DNA from: Spirochaetales bacterium
GTDB taxonomy: Bacteria > Spirochaetota > Spirochaetia > DSM-27196 > SKKC01
Direction: 5' to 3'
DNA length: 44,086 bases
Assembly (NCBI GenBank): GCA_007135605.1
Contig: SLIN01000043.1
Location: forward strand, 1-44,086
The notes beneath the pieces were generated by a model. The model saw only the letters and a list, made by a program, of their open reading frames with translations, searched no databases and had not been told where the DNA came from. This document shows positions 18,948 to 27,952 of this stretch, one piece after another (position 1 is the first letter of the stretch; every line of letters begins with the position of its first letter). The translations under genes and the position numbers were made by a program.

Positions 18948-19117
18948 GGACGGCGCCGCGACGCCGCCCCGACGCATGAAGGGTGTCGCGACGTGATGTG
19001 CTACAGCGTCGGAGCGCCATATCCGCGCGTATCCGCGCGGGATTATTCCACTCCTGAGAAGCTCCGAGGTCCGCGGTCACGTATTCGGACGTGACGGCGC
19101 CGGATCCCTTCGCCGGC

Positions 19118-19894
19118 CTATGTTTCCTTTATGCCGAATAATCGGAGACTGTTCTGGTAGAGTGTCTCGGAAACCTCTTCAACCGGTTCGTCCCGCAGCT
19201 CCGCGATGAATTGCACGGTGTCGGCAAGATATGAGGGCTTGTTCCGCTTCCCGCGATGCGCACTCGGAACCATGAACGGACTCTCGGTCTCTACGAGCAT
19301 CTGTTCAAGGGGCATATTCCGTGCCGTCTCGTGGAGATTGCGAGCGTTCCGGTAGGTTACGTTCCCTGCGAACGAAATGTAGAGGTTAAGATCGAGCGCG
19401 TTCTGTGCATACGCCCAGTCTTCGCTGTAACAGTGCAGTACTCCACCGCGCTCAGGCAGTTTTTCTTCGAGTATCTCGATCACATCCTGGCCGGCTTCGC
19501 GGTTATGTATCACGACCGGATATCCGAGTCGGTCGGCGAGCTCGAGCTGCCGGATGAAAAGCTCGATCTGGCTGTCCTTATCACCGAATTTCCGGTAATA
19601 GTCGAGTCCGATTTCGCCGATCGCGACGACGCGGTCGAGCTCAACTCCCTGTTCGATCTTCGACTCCCAATCGCGTCCCGGATTTGTTACTTCGGACGGC
19701 GAGACACCGATGCTGAAGTACACATTCGAGGCGGTTCGGAGATTCTCGTAGACTTCGAAGAAGTCGTGCAGATTGTTACAAATGCTGAGAATTCCACGGA
19801 CGCCCTCCTGTTGGGCTTCCTTCACGATGATAAGCTGTTCAATCGGGTCTTCATTGATCAACCCGATATGGGCGTGAGTATCGAATAACCTCAT
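19118..19894 (-). CDS. tatD: TatD family nuclease/hydrolase
   Basis: FDTHAH, IGEIGLDYY, IHNRE, LHCYS, ETESP. Confidence 0.92.
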   Translation of the reverse strand: MRLFDTHAHIGLINEDPIEQLIIVKEAQQEGVRGILSICNNLHDFFEVYENLRTASNVYFSIGVSPSEVTNPGRDWESKIEQGVELDRVVAIGEIGLDYYRKFGDKDSQIELFIRQLELADRLGYPVVIHNREAGQDVIEILEEKLPERGGVLHCYSEDWAYAQNALDLNLYISFAGNVTYRNARNLHETARNMPLEQMLVETESPFMVPSAHRGKRNKPSYLADTVQFIAELRDEPVEEVSETLYQNSLRLFGIKET

Positions 19895-20040
19895 AGCTCC
19901 GTATGTCCGTTCTTGTCGTCTTGGTTGGCTACCGTTCGAGCGATTTACCGATTCGTACGCCTATACGAACCCCTGCCTGTTCTGCACTGCCTTATTGGCC
20001 GCTTTGTCACGAAACTGCGGTGAAATTAGGTACAGTGAAC

Positions 20041-20069
20041 ACAATACGATGTTTGGGCCTCCCCGTCAA
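20041..20069 (-). promoter_or_regulatory. Sigma70-type promoter of tatD
   Basis: Minus strand TTGACG (20069-20064), 17 nt, TATTGT (20046-20041). Confidence 0.6.
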
Positions 20070-20083
20070 CTGACGCAATAGCT

Positions 20084-20113
20084 TTGACACCCTCCATGTG
20101 GGCGTGGTAGCGT
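20084..20113 (+). promoter_or_regulatory. Sigma70-type promoter of the M23-bactofilin-yaaR operon
   Basis: TTGACA (20084-20089), 18 nt ending TGG, TAGCGT (20108-20113). Confidence 0.6.
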
Positions 20114-20137
20114 CACTCACTATATCGAGGCGTTCGA

Positions 20138-21160
20138 TTGAAGCACGAGCCTTCGCGATCCAGTCAGTCTGCATGGTCTATGTTCCGTCGCCGCAATAGG
20201 TTGCAGCGGGAAGGGCGTGGTCGGTTCACCGTCATGCTCATTCCCCATTCCGAGAATCGAATCGTCAACCTCAGGATTACAGCGCTCGCGCTGGTGGTGC
20301 TCGCCGTACTCGCCTTCGGTATTGTTTCCGCATTCTTCTACGCGTCGACCATATACAGCACGCGAGCACGATCACTCGAGCGGCAAACGGAGGATGTCGA
20401 GCAAGCGAGGGAAGGGCTCGATCAGGTCCGGCAGTCGGTTTCCGGATTGCGTACCGGGGCCGAGGAGTTCCGAACGGCACTGCAGCCGGCGTTCGATGAG
20501 TTCGATTTGGTCGACGGTGAGACTGAACAGCAAACCGATAGCATCGGTGACTTTGCCGAGCTCGAGCGGCTGCGGGAGGTGGGCGACGAGGAGCTGCTCG
20601 AGAATCTGTATGTTAGCCTCGTCTCCGAGCTTCTCGATGACGTTGCGGACCCGCTCGCCGAGCTTGCCTCGATTATCGAAGCGGAACGGGAGTTTCTGGC
20701 AAATCTCCCGGTAATATGGCCTCTGGAAAGCGGTCGCGGTCGGGTAGAACGCAATTGGGGCCCCGGTACCGATCCGGTTACGGGTGAGTTCTCCATGAAT
20801 CCGGGGGTGAGGGTGTGGGATGTTGCCGGAGCGCCGGTACTGGCGAGTGCCCACGGCCGCGTGCTCCGTGTGGATTTCGACCCCGACTACTACGGCTGGT
20901 ACCTCGATATCGAGCACGGATACGGTTTTCGCACGCGGTATGCTCACCTTCAGCAAATTCGCGTACGGTCGGGCGATCGAGTTACTCAGGGACAGACTAT
21001 TGCCACGGTCGGCGAAACCGGCCGTGTAGTTGAGCCACAGCTCGGGTTCGAGATCTGGCTCGGTACCGAAAACGTCGATCCGGATGCGTTCCTGACGGTT
21101 CGATCGTCACTGAGAGATTTCGCCGGCGATATGCTTCCTGTGGACCTTCGGGGCCCGTAA
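20138..21160 (+). CDS. Membrane-anchored M23/LytM-domain protein, degenerate active site
   Basis: N-terminal FTVMLIPHSE, TM helix, coiled coil, and M23 domain (PVIWP, GAPVLASAHGRV, YG...H-x-x-G-x-x-TRYAHL, GDRVTQGQTIATVGETG). Start codon uncertain. Confidence 0.88.
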   Translation: MKHEPSRSSQSAWSMFRRRNRLQREGRGRFTVMLIPHSENRIVNLRITALALVVLAVLAFGIVSAFFYASTIYSTRARSLERQTEDVEQAREGLDQVRQSVSGLRTGAEEFRTALQPAFDEFDLVDGETEQQTDSIGDFAELERLREVGDEELLENLYVSLVSELLDDVADPLAELASIIEAEREFLANLPVIWPLESGRGRVERNWGPGTDPVTGEFSMNPGVRVWDVAGAPVLASAHGRVLRVDFDPDYYGWYLDIEHGYGFRTRYAHLQQIRVRSGDRVTQGQTIATVGETGRVVEPQLGFEIWLGTENVDPDAFLTVRSSLRDFAGDMLPVDLRGP

Positions 21161-21187
21161 TGCCGGTTGTTGGAGTGAGGCTTAAGC

Positions 21188-21727
21188 GTGGCTCGAAACG
21201 ATTCTAACGATGAACGTCTGATAAACTCTCTCGTCGGTGAGGGAACACACTTTCGCGGTGATCTCGAGCTATCGGGACTGCTTCGGATCGACGGAGATTA
21301 TACCGGCAGCATTAATACCTCCGGGAAGGTGATAATCGGACATGGCGGTCGCGCCGACTGCAGTATCGAAGCGAGTGTTGTCGTGATCGGCGGTATATTC
21401 CGCGGCGAGGTGTTCTGTACGACGAAGGTAATCGTGCTTTCGTCGGCCGTCGTCATCGGGAACTTACACGCCCCGCGAATGGTCGCCGAGGAAGGCACGA
21501 TGGTTCACGGCCATTGCGTGATTACCGGTGTAGAGGAGTTCGAACGCCGTCGACGCGGTATGAAGGGGAGCGGTTCCGCTGTCCGGCAGGGTGTATTCCG
21601 ACCGGCGGAGTCGCTCGGAATCGGCGGTGAAGACGACCCGTTTGCAACGATCGATTACGACCGTGCCGAACGGGTAAGTGCTTCATCGGAGAGCGGGCAG
21701 GGGGCCGGGAACGGCGAAGGAGACTGA
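21188..21727 (+). CDS. Bactofilin (polymer-forming cytoskeletal protein)
   Basis: SLVGEGTHFRGDL...LRIDG...GSI...VIIG...G(N)L beta-helix repeats. Follows the M23 gene. Confidence 0.9.
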   Translation: MARNDSNDERLINSLVGEGTHFRGDLELSGLLRIDGDYTGSINTSGKVIIGHGGRADCSIEASVVVIGGIFRGEVFCTTKVIVLSSAVVIGNLHAPRMVAEEGTMVHGHCVITGVEEFERRRRGMKGSGSAVRQGVFRPAESLGIGGEDDPFATIDYDRAERVSASSESGQGAGNGEGD

Positions 21728-21733
21728 AACCGG

Positions 21734-22246
21734 ATGCTCGACCGAATTGAACCCGGCAGTTACTTCAACGCATTCAACGCTTCCGGTGAGCGAAAGGCAA
21801 AGGAATCCGATAAAGAACGAACCGACCGCGCGAAGTCGAACGATCGCTCGACAGCCGCTGCTGCGGACAGCGGAACGACACGATCCACGGGCACTTCGTT
21901 CGCCTCGGCAGCGTCGGCCGTCGAGCTTCAGGAAGCACACTCGCTGCTCGACGATATTCACACGCTTGGTGCCGAGCTGAAGCGCAACCCGACGGTGGCG
22001 AACCTGAAAGAGTACCGCCGGCTCGTTCAGCGTTTCATGAATCAGGTCGTCGCGGGTGCGTATGGGCTCGAGCATCGCGAAAGCGGTGCGGCGATTCTCA
22101 AGCGCAAACGCTTTTCGCTCGTATCGCTTGTCAATCAGAAGCTCGATCGCCTCGCCGCCGGCCTCGTTCAGACGCAGGAATCACAACTCGACCTACTCGA
22201 GCAGATCGAAGAGATATACGGCTTGCTCGTCGATCTCATGCAGTAG
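21734..22246 (+). CDS. yaaR: YaaR/DUF327 family protein
   Basis: LLDDIHTLGAELKRNPT...YRRLVQRF...VNQKLDRLA...IEEIYGLLVDL. Confidence 0.85.
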   Translation: MLDRIEPGSYFNAFNASGERKAKESDKERTDRAKSNDRSTAAAADSGTTRSTGTSFASAASAVELQEAHSLLDDIHTLGAELKRNPTVANLKEYRRLVQRFMNQVVAGAYGLEHRESGAAILKRKRFSLVSLVNQKLDRLAAGLVQTQESQLDLLEQIEEIYGLLVDLMQ

Positions 22247-22335
22247 ACCCGATGCAGCAGAGAACGGCGTTCCGCCGGCGCTTCGACGTTCGGAACACGG
22301 CGCTCCCTGGCGTGGGCAAAACTATCGTCCCCTGA

Positions 22336-22464
22336 GAGTTTGTCGGACTTCACTTCGGAATTGAATATCGGACGTATACACCGACATCGGAATGCATACG
22401 TCTCGGCGACAATATGCGCTAAGCCCTTCCGATATTCAATTCTGCCCATATGTCCGACAAACTC
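22336..22464. mobile_element. 129-bp MITE-like element with bipartite 37-bp terminal inverted repeats
   Basis: GAGTTTGTCGGAC (22336-22348) pairs with GTCCGACAAACTC (22452-22464). GAATTGAATATCGGA (22358-22372) pairs with TCCGATATTCAATTC (22428-22442). Both sides have 9-nt spacers. Flanks are CTGA and CTAA. Confidence 0.7.
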
Positions 22465-24561
22465 CTAAGCGGATGTGAGATCGTCCTGGTATTGCAGCCG
22501 GTAGAGGTTGTAGTAGAGGCCCCGCTCGGCTATCAGCTCCTCGTGACGCCCTGCCTCAACCAGGTGTCCGTGGCTGAGCACGAGGATTCGGTCGGCGTGG
22601 CGGATCGTCGATAACCGGTGTGCGATCACCAAGCTCGTGCGTCCTTCCATCACCTTGAGCATTGCCTTCTGGATAAGCTGCTCGGTTTCGGTGTCGATAT
22701 TCGCGGTGGCCTCGTCCATGATAATCACGCGCGGATCGTGTGCGAGCACGCGAGCGAAACTGAGCAGTTGCCGCTGTCCGGTCGAGATGTTCGTTGCTCC
22801 TTCATTGAGCTGGGTTCCGTATCCGTCCGGTAGCTGATCGATGAAGCTCTGTGCCTGCACGATACGGCACGCTTCGCGAACCTGCTCGTCGCTGAGGTCG
22901 GCACCGAGGCGTATGTTCTCCTCGATCGTCTGACTGAACAGAAAAACATCCTGCTGAATCGGCTGCACGGTCGACCGCAAATCGGACACTGGGACATCTC
23001 GTATGTCGACGCCGTCGAGGCGTATCGAGCCCTCCTGAATGTCCCACATACGGGTCAACAGGTTTGCTATGGTAGTCTTACCCGCCCCCGTGTAGCCGAC
23101 GACGGCAACCGTTTCTCCCGGCTCGATTGTGAAGGTCATATCCCGTATTACCGGTGTGTCCGCCTTATAGGCGAAGTGCACGTGGTCGAACTCAACTCGT
23201 CCCCGTACCGGCTTCGGTAGCTCGCGCGTTCCGGTGTCCGGAATCTTCTCCTCGTGGTCGAGGATCTGAAAGACCCGCTCGCCACCGGCCATCGCCGACT
23301 GGAGTATCGTGAACTGATCGGAGATGCTCATGACCGGCTGATAGAAAAGCCGAATGTAGTTGATGTACGCGATTACCACGCCGAGGCTAACCCATCCCTG
23401 AACGAAGAAGGTTGCGCCGAAGTAGATGATCACCGCCACCGAAACGTTGGAAAGAAGATCGACTATCGGGCGAAAGGTCGCCATGACGTACATCTCGGTC
23501 AGATTCGCCTTCATGAGTTGCTCGTTGTCGGACTCGAAGCGATCCGCTGTCTGCTCTTCGCGGGTAAACATCTGAACGACACCCATTCCGGAAAGCCGCT
23601 CGCTGAGATAGGTGTTCACGCGACTCACCCAGACACGCACCTGGCGAAACGCCTCACGCGCGCGGCGCCGGAAAAAGACAAACGCGATTATGACCGGCGG
23701 CAGGCTGAGCGCCGTGACGCTTCCGAGATGCAGGCTGAGCAGGAAGAGGGCGATGATCACTCCGACCATTCGGGTCAGATCGCGGATCAGGTTGCTGAGC
23801 ACGTTCTGAAAGAGCTCGTTTATGGTTTCCACATCGTTGGTAATGCGGGTGACCATTCGGCCGACCGGATTGCGGCTCAGGTAATCGAGGTTCTGAGTGG
23901 TAATGTGCCGGAAGAGGGCAAGACGCATGTCCTTCATAATGCCCTGGCCGGTAAGCGCGAGGAGATATACCTGCACGAAGCTCAGGGAGAGCACTACGAT
24001 AAGCACGACGAGAAAGATGCTCGTCATGGTAATGAGCCCGTCGAGATCCTCCGATCGGACCGTCGCGCGGTCGCCGGCCGAAAGCTCACCGAGATCCCCG
24101 AGTCGAATCACCGCGTGGGAGCCATCCGCCGTGAAAAGATCCGGGTGCTGCATAACGACCGCCGCCGTCTCATCATCGACGATACGAAAGAGATAGAACC
24201 GCTCCTCGTCGATGATTCCCTCTTCCATGAGCCGGTCTCGCTGCAGCTCGGTGAGATCGTTGAGTCGCTGTTCGTGCACGTAAACGTACTCCCCGATCGC
24301 CGTCTCGTCGCCGGTGAGCTCTACCGAGGCAAGGTCGTCATCCTCGACAGCTTCCTGCGGGATCCGAACCCACGCGCGTACGAGGAAGTCGTCGACGGTT
24401 CGTTGAATCACGATCGGAATGGAGAGCTCTCCGGCGGTTGCGAGCACGAGCGCCCCGACGGCGATCAGGAAACGCCGGCGGTGCGGCGCAAGAAAACGCA
24501 GTAACCGGCGCATGAGCTCCGGGTTGTAACCGGAAATGACCTTTTCATCATCCATCGTCAT
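22465..24561 (-). CDS. ABC exporter TMD-NBD subunit (heterodimer partner, MdlB/BmrD-like)
   Basis: Walker A GYTGAGKT, signature ISTGQ, Walker B IIMDEATANID, IAHRLST. Large insertion after TM1. Confidence 0.92.
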   Translation of the reverse strand: MTMDDEKVISGYNPELMRRLLRFLAPHRRRFLIAVGALVLATAGELSIPIVIQRTVDDFLVRAWVRIPQEAVEDDDLASVELTGDETAIGEYVYVHEQRLNDLTELQRDRLMEEGIIDEERFYLFRIVDDETAAVVMQHPDLFTADGSHAVIRLGDLGELSAGDRATVRSEDLDGLITMTSIFLVVLIVVLSLSFVQVYLLALTGQGIMKDMRLALFRHITTQNLDYLSRNPVGRMVTRITNDVETINELFQNVLSNLIRDLTRMVGVIIALFLLSLHLGSVTALSLPPVIIAFVFFRRRAREAFRQVRVWVSRVNTYLSERLSGMGVVQMFTREEQTADRFESDNEQLMKANLTEMYVMATFRPIVDLLSNVSVAVIIYFGATFFVQGWVSLGVVIAYINYIRLFYQPVMSISDQFTILQSAMAGGERVFQILDHEEKIPDTGTRELPKPVRGRVEFDHVHFAYKADTPVIRDMTFTIEPGETVAVVGYTGAGKTTIANLLTRMWDIQEGSIRLDGVDIRDVPVSDLRSTVQPIQQDVFLFSQTIEENIRLGADLSDEQVREACRIVQAQSFIDQLPDGYGTQLNEGATNISTGQRQLLSFARVLAHDPRVIIMDEATANIDTETEQLIQKAMLKVMEGRTSLVIAHRLSTIRHADRILVLSHGHLVEAGRHEELIAERGLYYNLYRLQYQDDLTSA

Positions 24562-24570
24562 GTCGGTGCC

Positions 24571-26310
24571 TTAGTCCTCTTCCTCCAGCCGCTGCAATGC
24601 GGCGATCTCCGCGTAGAAACCGTCTTCGTCCTGTATGAGCTCGGCGTGAGTCCCGTGCTGTACGATCGTCCCGTGCTCGAGCACCACAATCCGGTCGGCG
24701 TTCTTGAGCGTCGAAACGCGGTGGCTTACGATTATGCTCGTTTTGCCGCGACGTTCCTCGAGCAGCTGATTCAGAATCCGTTCCTCGGTTTCGGTATCTA
24801 CCGCGCTCAGTGCGTCGTCGAATACGAGAATCCCGCGGCCGGTGGCGAGCGCCCGCGAAATACTCACCCTCTGCTTCTGCCCGCCGCTGAGGGTTATCCC
24901 GCGTTCGCCGATCTGCGTGTCCCAGCCGGCGGGGAAGTTCTCAACGTCGCGGTCTATTGTCGATATCTCGGCGACGCGAAGAACGGCATTCTCATCCGGG
25001 TGCTCCATCCCGTAGCCGATGTTGTCCCGCACCGACTGCGAGAAGAGGAACGTATCCTGGGCGACCATTGCGAACTGCGAGCGCAACCAGTTGAGATCGT
25101 AGTCGCGCACATCGATATCGTCGAGAAAGACCGTCCCGCGCGGCGGGTCGAGCAGCCGCGGAAGCAGCTTCAGCAGCGTGCTCTTTCCCGAACCGGTGCG
25201 ACCGAGAATGCCGAGAATGTTGCCGGCGGCTACTTCTATCGAGACATTCTTCAGCGCGGGCACCGGCGAACCGGGATAGGTATAGCTGAGATTCGCGATG
25301 CGAATATCACCGGCGACCTCCGGCTGCACACCGTTATCCGGACTCGTTATATCCGGCTCTTCGGATAGAATCTGATTCACGCGGGCGAGACTCGCGCCGC
25401 CGCGCTGGATCAGATTGACGGTGAAACCCATTCCGAGCATCGGCCATATCATCATCTCCAGATAGCTCAATGTGGCCACGAAATCGCCGGCGGAAATATC
25501 CTCGAGCACGACCGCTTCGCCGCCGAAGCGCAGAAGGAGCAGCGACGTGATTCCCGAGAAGAAGGTGACCATCGGGAAGAACATCCCCCAGATACGCACC
25601 AGGCGCATGTTGCGATCCTGGTAGTCTTCGTTCGCATTCCGAAACCGCTCGAGAAAGTAGTTATGTTTCACGAAGCTCTTGATTACGCGAACGCCTGAGA
25701 GCGCCTCCTGACTCTGATCGCTGAGGATGGAGAATCCCTCCTGTACGGCCCGGAAACGCTTCCCGATGATCTTACCGAGGCCGAGGACGAGAAAGGTAAT
25801 AAATGGCAGGGGGATGATGACGATGAGCGCGAGACCCGGATTCTGGATGAAGAGAATCGTGAGAATCGCGATTGTCATCATAATGCCGTCGGTCAGCGCC
25901 ACGAGCGCCATGCCGCTGGCCATGCGGATCGCGTTCATGTCGTTCGTCGCCCGCGCCATGAGGTCGCCGATGCGGTTACGTCCGTAGAAGCTGCTCGAGA
26001 GGGTGAGCAGATGGTTGAACAGCCGGTCGCGCAACTCCTTCTCGATCCGGCGACTTGCACCGTGAATGAAGTAGCGCCAGCCGAAGCGCGCAACCCCGAT
26101 CACGATCGCAACCCCGATCAGCCCGCCCATGAGAGTGGCGACTTTGCGTAAATCTATTTCGCCGGCTGCGATCATATCGACGGCGACCCGGATGAACTGC
26201 GGTATGAGAAGTTGACCGCCGCTGGTGACGAGCAGCATGAGTACGCCGGCAATATAGGCGCGGCGATACCGCTTCATATACGGGAGGAGAGTCCGATATT
26301 CCTTAAGCAT
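24571..26310 (-). CDS. ABC exporter TMD-NBD subunit (MdlA/BmrC-like)
   Basis: GDLMARATND, GRTGSGKS, LSGGQKQR, degenerate Walker B LVFDDALSAVD. Confidence 0.92.
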   Translation of the reverse strand: MLKEYRTLLPYMKRYRRAYIAGVLMLLVTSGGQLLIPQFIRVAVDMIAAGEIDLRKVATLMGGLIGVAIVIGVARFGWRYFIHGASRRIEKELRDRLFNHLLTLSSSFYGRNRIGDLMARATNDMNAIRMASGMALVALTDGIMMTIAILTILFIQNPGLALIVIIPLPFITFLVLGLGKIIGKRFRAVQEGFSILSDQSQEALSGVRVIKSFVKHNYFLERFRNANEDYQDRNMRLVRIWGMFFPMVTFFSGITSLLLLRFGGEAVVLEDISAGDFVATLSYLEMMIWPMLGMGFTVNLIQRGGASLARVNQILSEEPDITSPDNGVQPEVAGDIRIANLSYTYPGSPVPALKNVSIEVAAGNILGILGRTGSGKSTLLKLLPRLLDPPRGTVFLDDIDVRDYDLNWLRSQFAMVAQDTFLFSQSVRDNIGYGMEHPDENAVLRVAEISTIDRDVENFPAGWDTQIGERGITLSGGQKQRVSISRALATGRGILVFDDALSAVDTETEERILNQLLEERRGKTSIIVSHRVSTLKNADRIVVLEHGTIVQHGTHAELIQDEDGFYAEIAALQRLEEED

Positions 26311-27199
26311 GCAATTCCTCTTCGCGCCACCTCTCGATCTGCTCGCGGATCAGTCTCTCCGCATGGCGGATCCGTTCGTTCAGCGAGTGACGATCGGTCG
26401 GCTCCGGAAGTCGAGCGAGCGTTCGAACTCGATAGATGCTCTGTCCGAAACGGGTGACGATCTCCCTAAGGTAACGCAAGCGGTACCCGCCGTGAACCGC
26501 ACAGACGAGAATAGGGAGTCGGACCTCGTCCATGAGAACTCGGACCGCTCCGCTTCGAAACGGCAAGACCTTCCCCCCTCGTGATCTGGTGCCCTCCGGG
26601 AATACCACCGGAGATACGCCTTTCTCCCGGGCCATTCGCCCGATCCGTCGAATTTCGGAGAGACCGACCTCTACGTTCCCCGAACGCGGCACCATCGCGT
26701 GCTGTTGCAGGCGCAATGCTTCGGATGCTCCGGGGAAGCCGCGTCGCAGCTCCCGTTTCGCGATAAAGCGCAGATCGAGCCGGGGAAGAGCGGCTGCGAT
26801 CGCTACGATATCGATCAGGCTCTGATGGTTGCTAACGACCAAGCACGGAGAGGGCGGGGGCCCGGTGAGCTGTGACGAGTATTCGATGTGAAAGCCGGTC
26901 AACAGATTGGCGACAGCGAATAGCTGCCGGCACCATACGGGGAGTCCGCGCTGCAGATATGAGCGCGCCCAGCGCCTGCTGATCGCGTCGCGCGTCTTCA
27001 TGGAGAGATCCCAGTAGAACAGCATTGAAATCGCGTAGATTACGAAGACGAGTTTACCCAAGGCACTTCCTCTACTTCTTTTTCCGGAACCGAATGGACG
27101 GCTCTCAGTGTGCACGAAATCGACGGAAGTGCGAAGCAGGCGCGGCAAAATCTCGGTCATCGCCCCTTCATCGACCGGATTTGTCACCAGGAACCGCAC
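26303..27199 (-). CDS. Lysophospholipid acyltransferase (PlsC family)
   Basis: NHQSLID (HX4D), FIAKREL, FPEGTRS. Start uncertain. Confidence 0.85.
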   Translation of the reverse strand: MRFLVTNPVDEGAMTEILPRLLRTSVDFVHTESRPFGSGKRSRGSALGKLVFVIYAISMLFYWDLSMKTRDAISRRWARSYLQRGLPVWCRQLFAVANLLTGFHIEYSSQLTGPPPSPCLVVSNHQSLIDIVAIAAALPRLDLRFIAKRELRRGFPGASEALRLQQHAMVPRSGNVEVGLSEIRRIGRMAREKGVSPVVFPEGTRSRGGKVLPFRSGAVRVLMDEVRLPILVCAVHGGYRLRYLREIVTRFGQSIYRVRTLARLPEPTDRHSLNERIRHAERLIREQIERWREEELHA

Positions 27200-27217
27200 A
27201 ACCGATTTTCTTAAGCA

Positions 27218-27246
27218 TTGACACGAAACGAGTTATCTGGTAGCTT
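27218..27246 (+). promoter_or_regulatory. Sigma70-type promoter of rpsT
   Basis: TTGACA (27218-27223), 17 nt ending TGG, TAGCTT (27241-27246). Confidence 0.7.
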
Positions 27247-27301
27247 TCGCGCTCGTTATTACACTGACATTAATAGCCGACATCGAACGGAGGATTTCAT
27301 A

Positions 27302-27571
27302 GTGGCTAAGAGCTCGGCGCAGAAGCGTCACGAACAAAGCGAGAAGCGAAGGCTGCGTAACCGCAGTGTGCGGAGTAGTGTCCGCACGGGCATTCGCAAA
27401 TTCAACGGGGCGCTCAGCGCGGGAGATACCACTGCGGCGGAAACGCAGCTGGTGAGCGTCGAAAAACTGCTCGACTCCGCAGCGGGCAAGGGCGTGTTCC
27501 ACAGGAACACGGTAGCCCGAACGAAATCACGACTCAATAGGAAACTGAACTCATCGCGCGCATCATCCTGA
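27302..27571 (+). CDS. rpsT: 30S ribosomal protein S20
   Basis: SAQKRHEQSEKRRLRNRSVRS...KGVFHRNTVARTKSRL. GTG 27302 with SD GGAGG. Confidence 0.95.
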   Translation: MAKSSAQKRHEQSEKRRLRNRSVRSSVRTGIRKFNGALSAGDTTAAETQLVSVEKLLDSAAGKGVFHRNTVARTKSRLNRKLNSSRASS

Positions 27572-27635
27572 CGAGTAACTCGTGCCGGCTCTACGGCGGC
27601 AAGCAATCTTTCGTGAAGAGAAAGGAGCGTCAGGG

Positions 27636-27944
27636 GTGTCAGAAGAAAACGGTAAGCTTACGAAGGCCGAGATAGTCGAGAGTATTGCCGAAACCTCACG
27701 GTGCAGCAAGAAGGACATCCATAAGATAATCGATTCCTTCTTTGACGAGGTGAAGACGGCGCTGATTAGCGACAGGACGATAGAGTTCCGCGGATTCGGG
27801 ACCTTCGAGATCCGAACGCGAAAAGGGCGGGAGCGTGCCCGAAACCCGAAGACCGGCGAGACCGTGCGAGTGCGCAATCACGGTGTGGTCGTTTTCCGCC
27901 CGGGCAAGGAGCTGAAGCAGGCTTCCTGGCCGTTGAGGGAGTAG
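27636..27944 (+). CDS. HU/IHF family DNA-binding protein (Hbb-like)
   Basis: LTKAEIV, IEFRGFGTFE, ARNPKTGE, FRPGKELK. SD AAAGGAG. Downstream of rpsT. Confidence 0.93.
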   Translation: MSEENGKLTKAEIVESIAETSRCSKKDIHKIIDSFFDEVKTALISDRTIEFRGFGTFEIRTRKGRERARNPKTGETVRVRNHGVVVFRPGKELKQASWPLRE

Positions 27945-27952
27945 CCGGGGTA

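Noticed and set aside
18995-19050. Purine-riboswitch-like words upstream of purF (minus strand ATAAT...GCGCGGATATGGCGC) with a 10-bp tandem duplication TATCCGCGCG at 19020-19039
   Set aside because: Only the L2 loop resembles the aptamer. The GTTTCTAC junction, the CCGTAAA loop and P1 are absent, and the predicted promoter lies downstream of it.
23254-24504. 416-aa plus-strand ORF, and similar long antisense ORFs (6514-7488, 12042-13103, 35785-36600, 40867-41760)
   Set aside because: They lie fully antisense to well-supported genes and have no motifs, as expected for shadow ORFs in GC-rich DNA.
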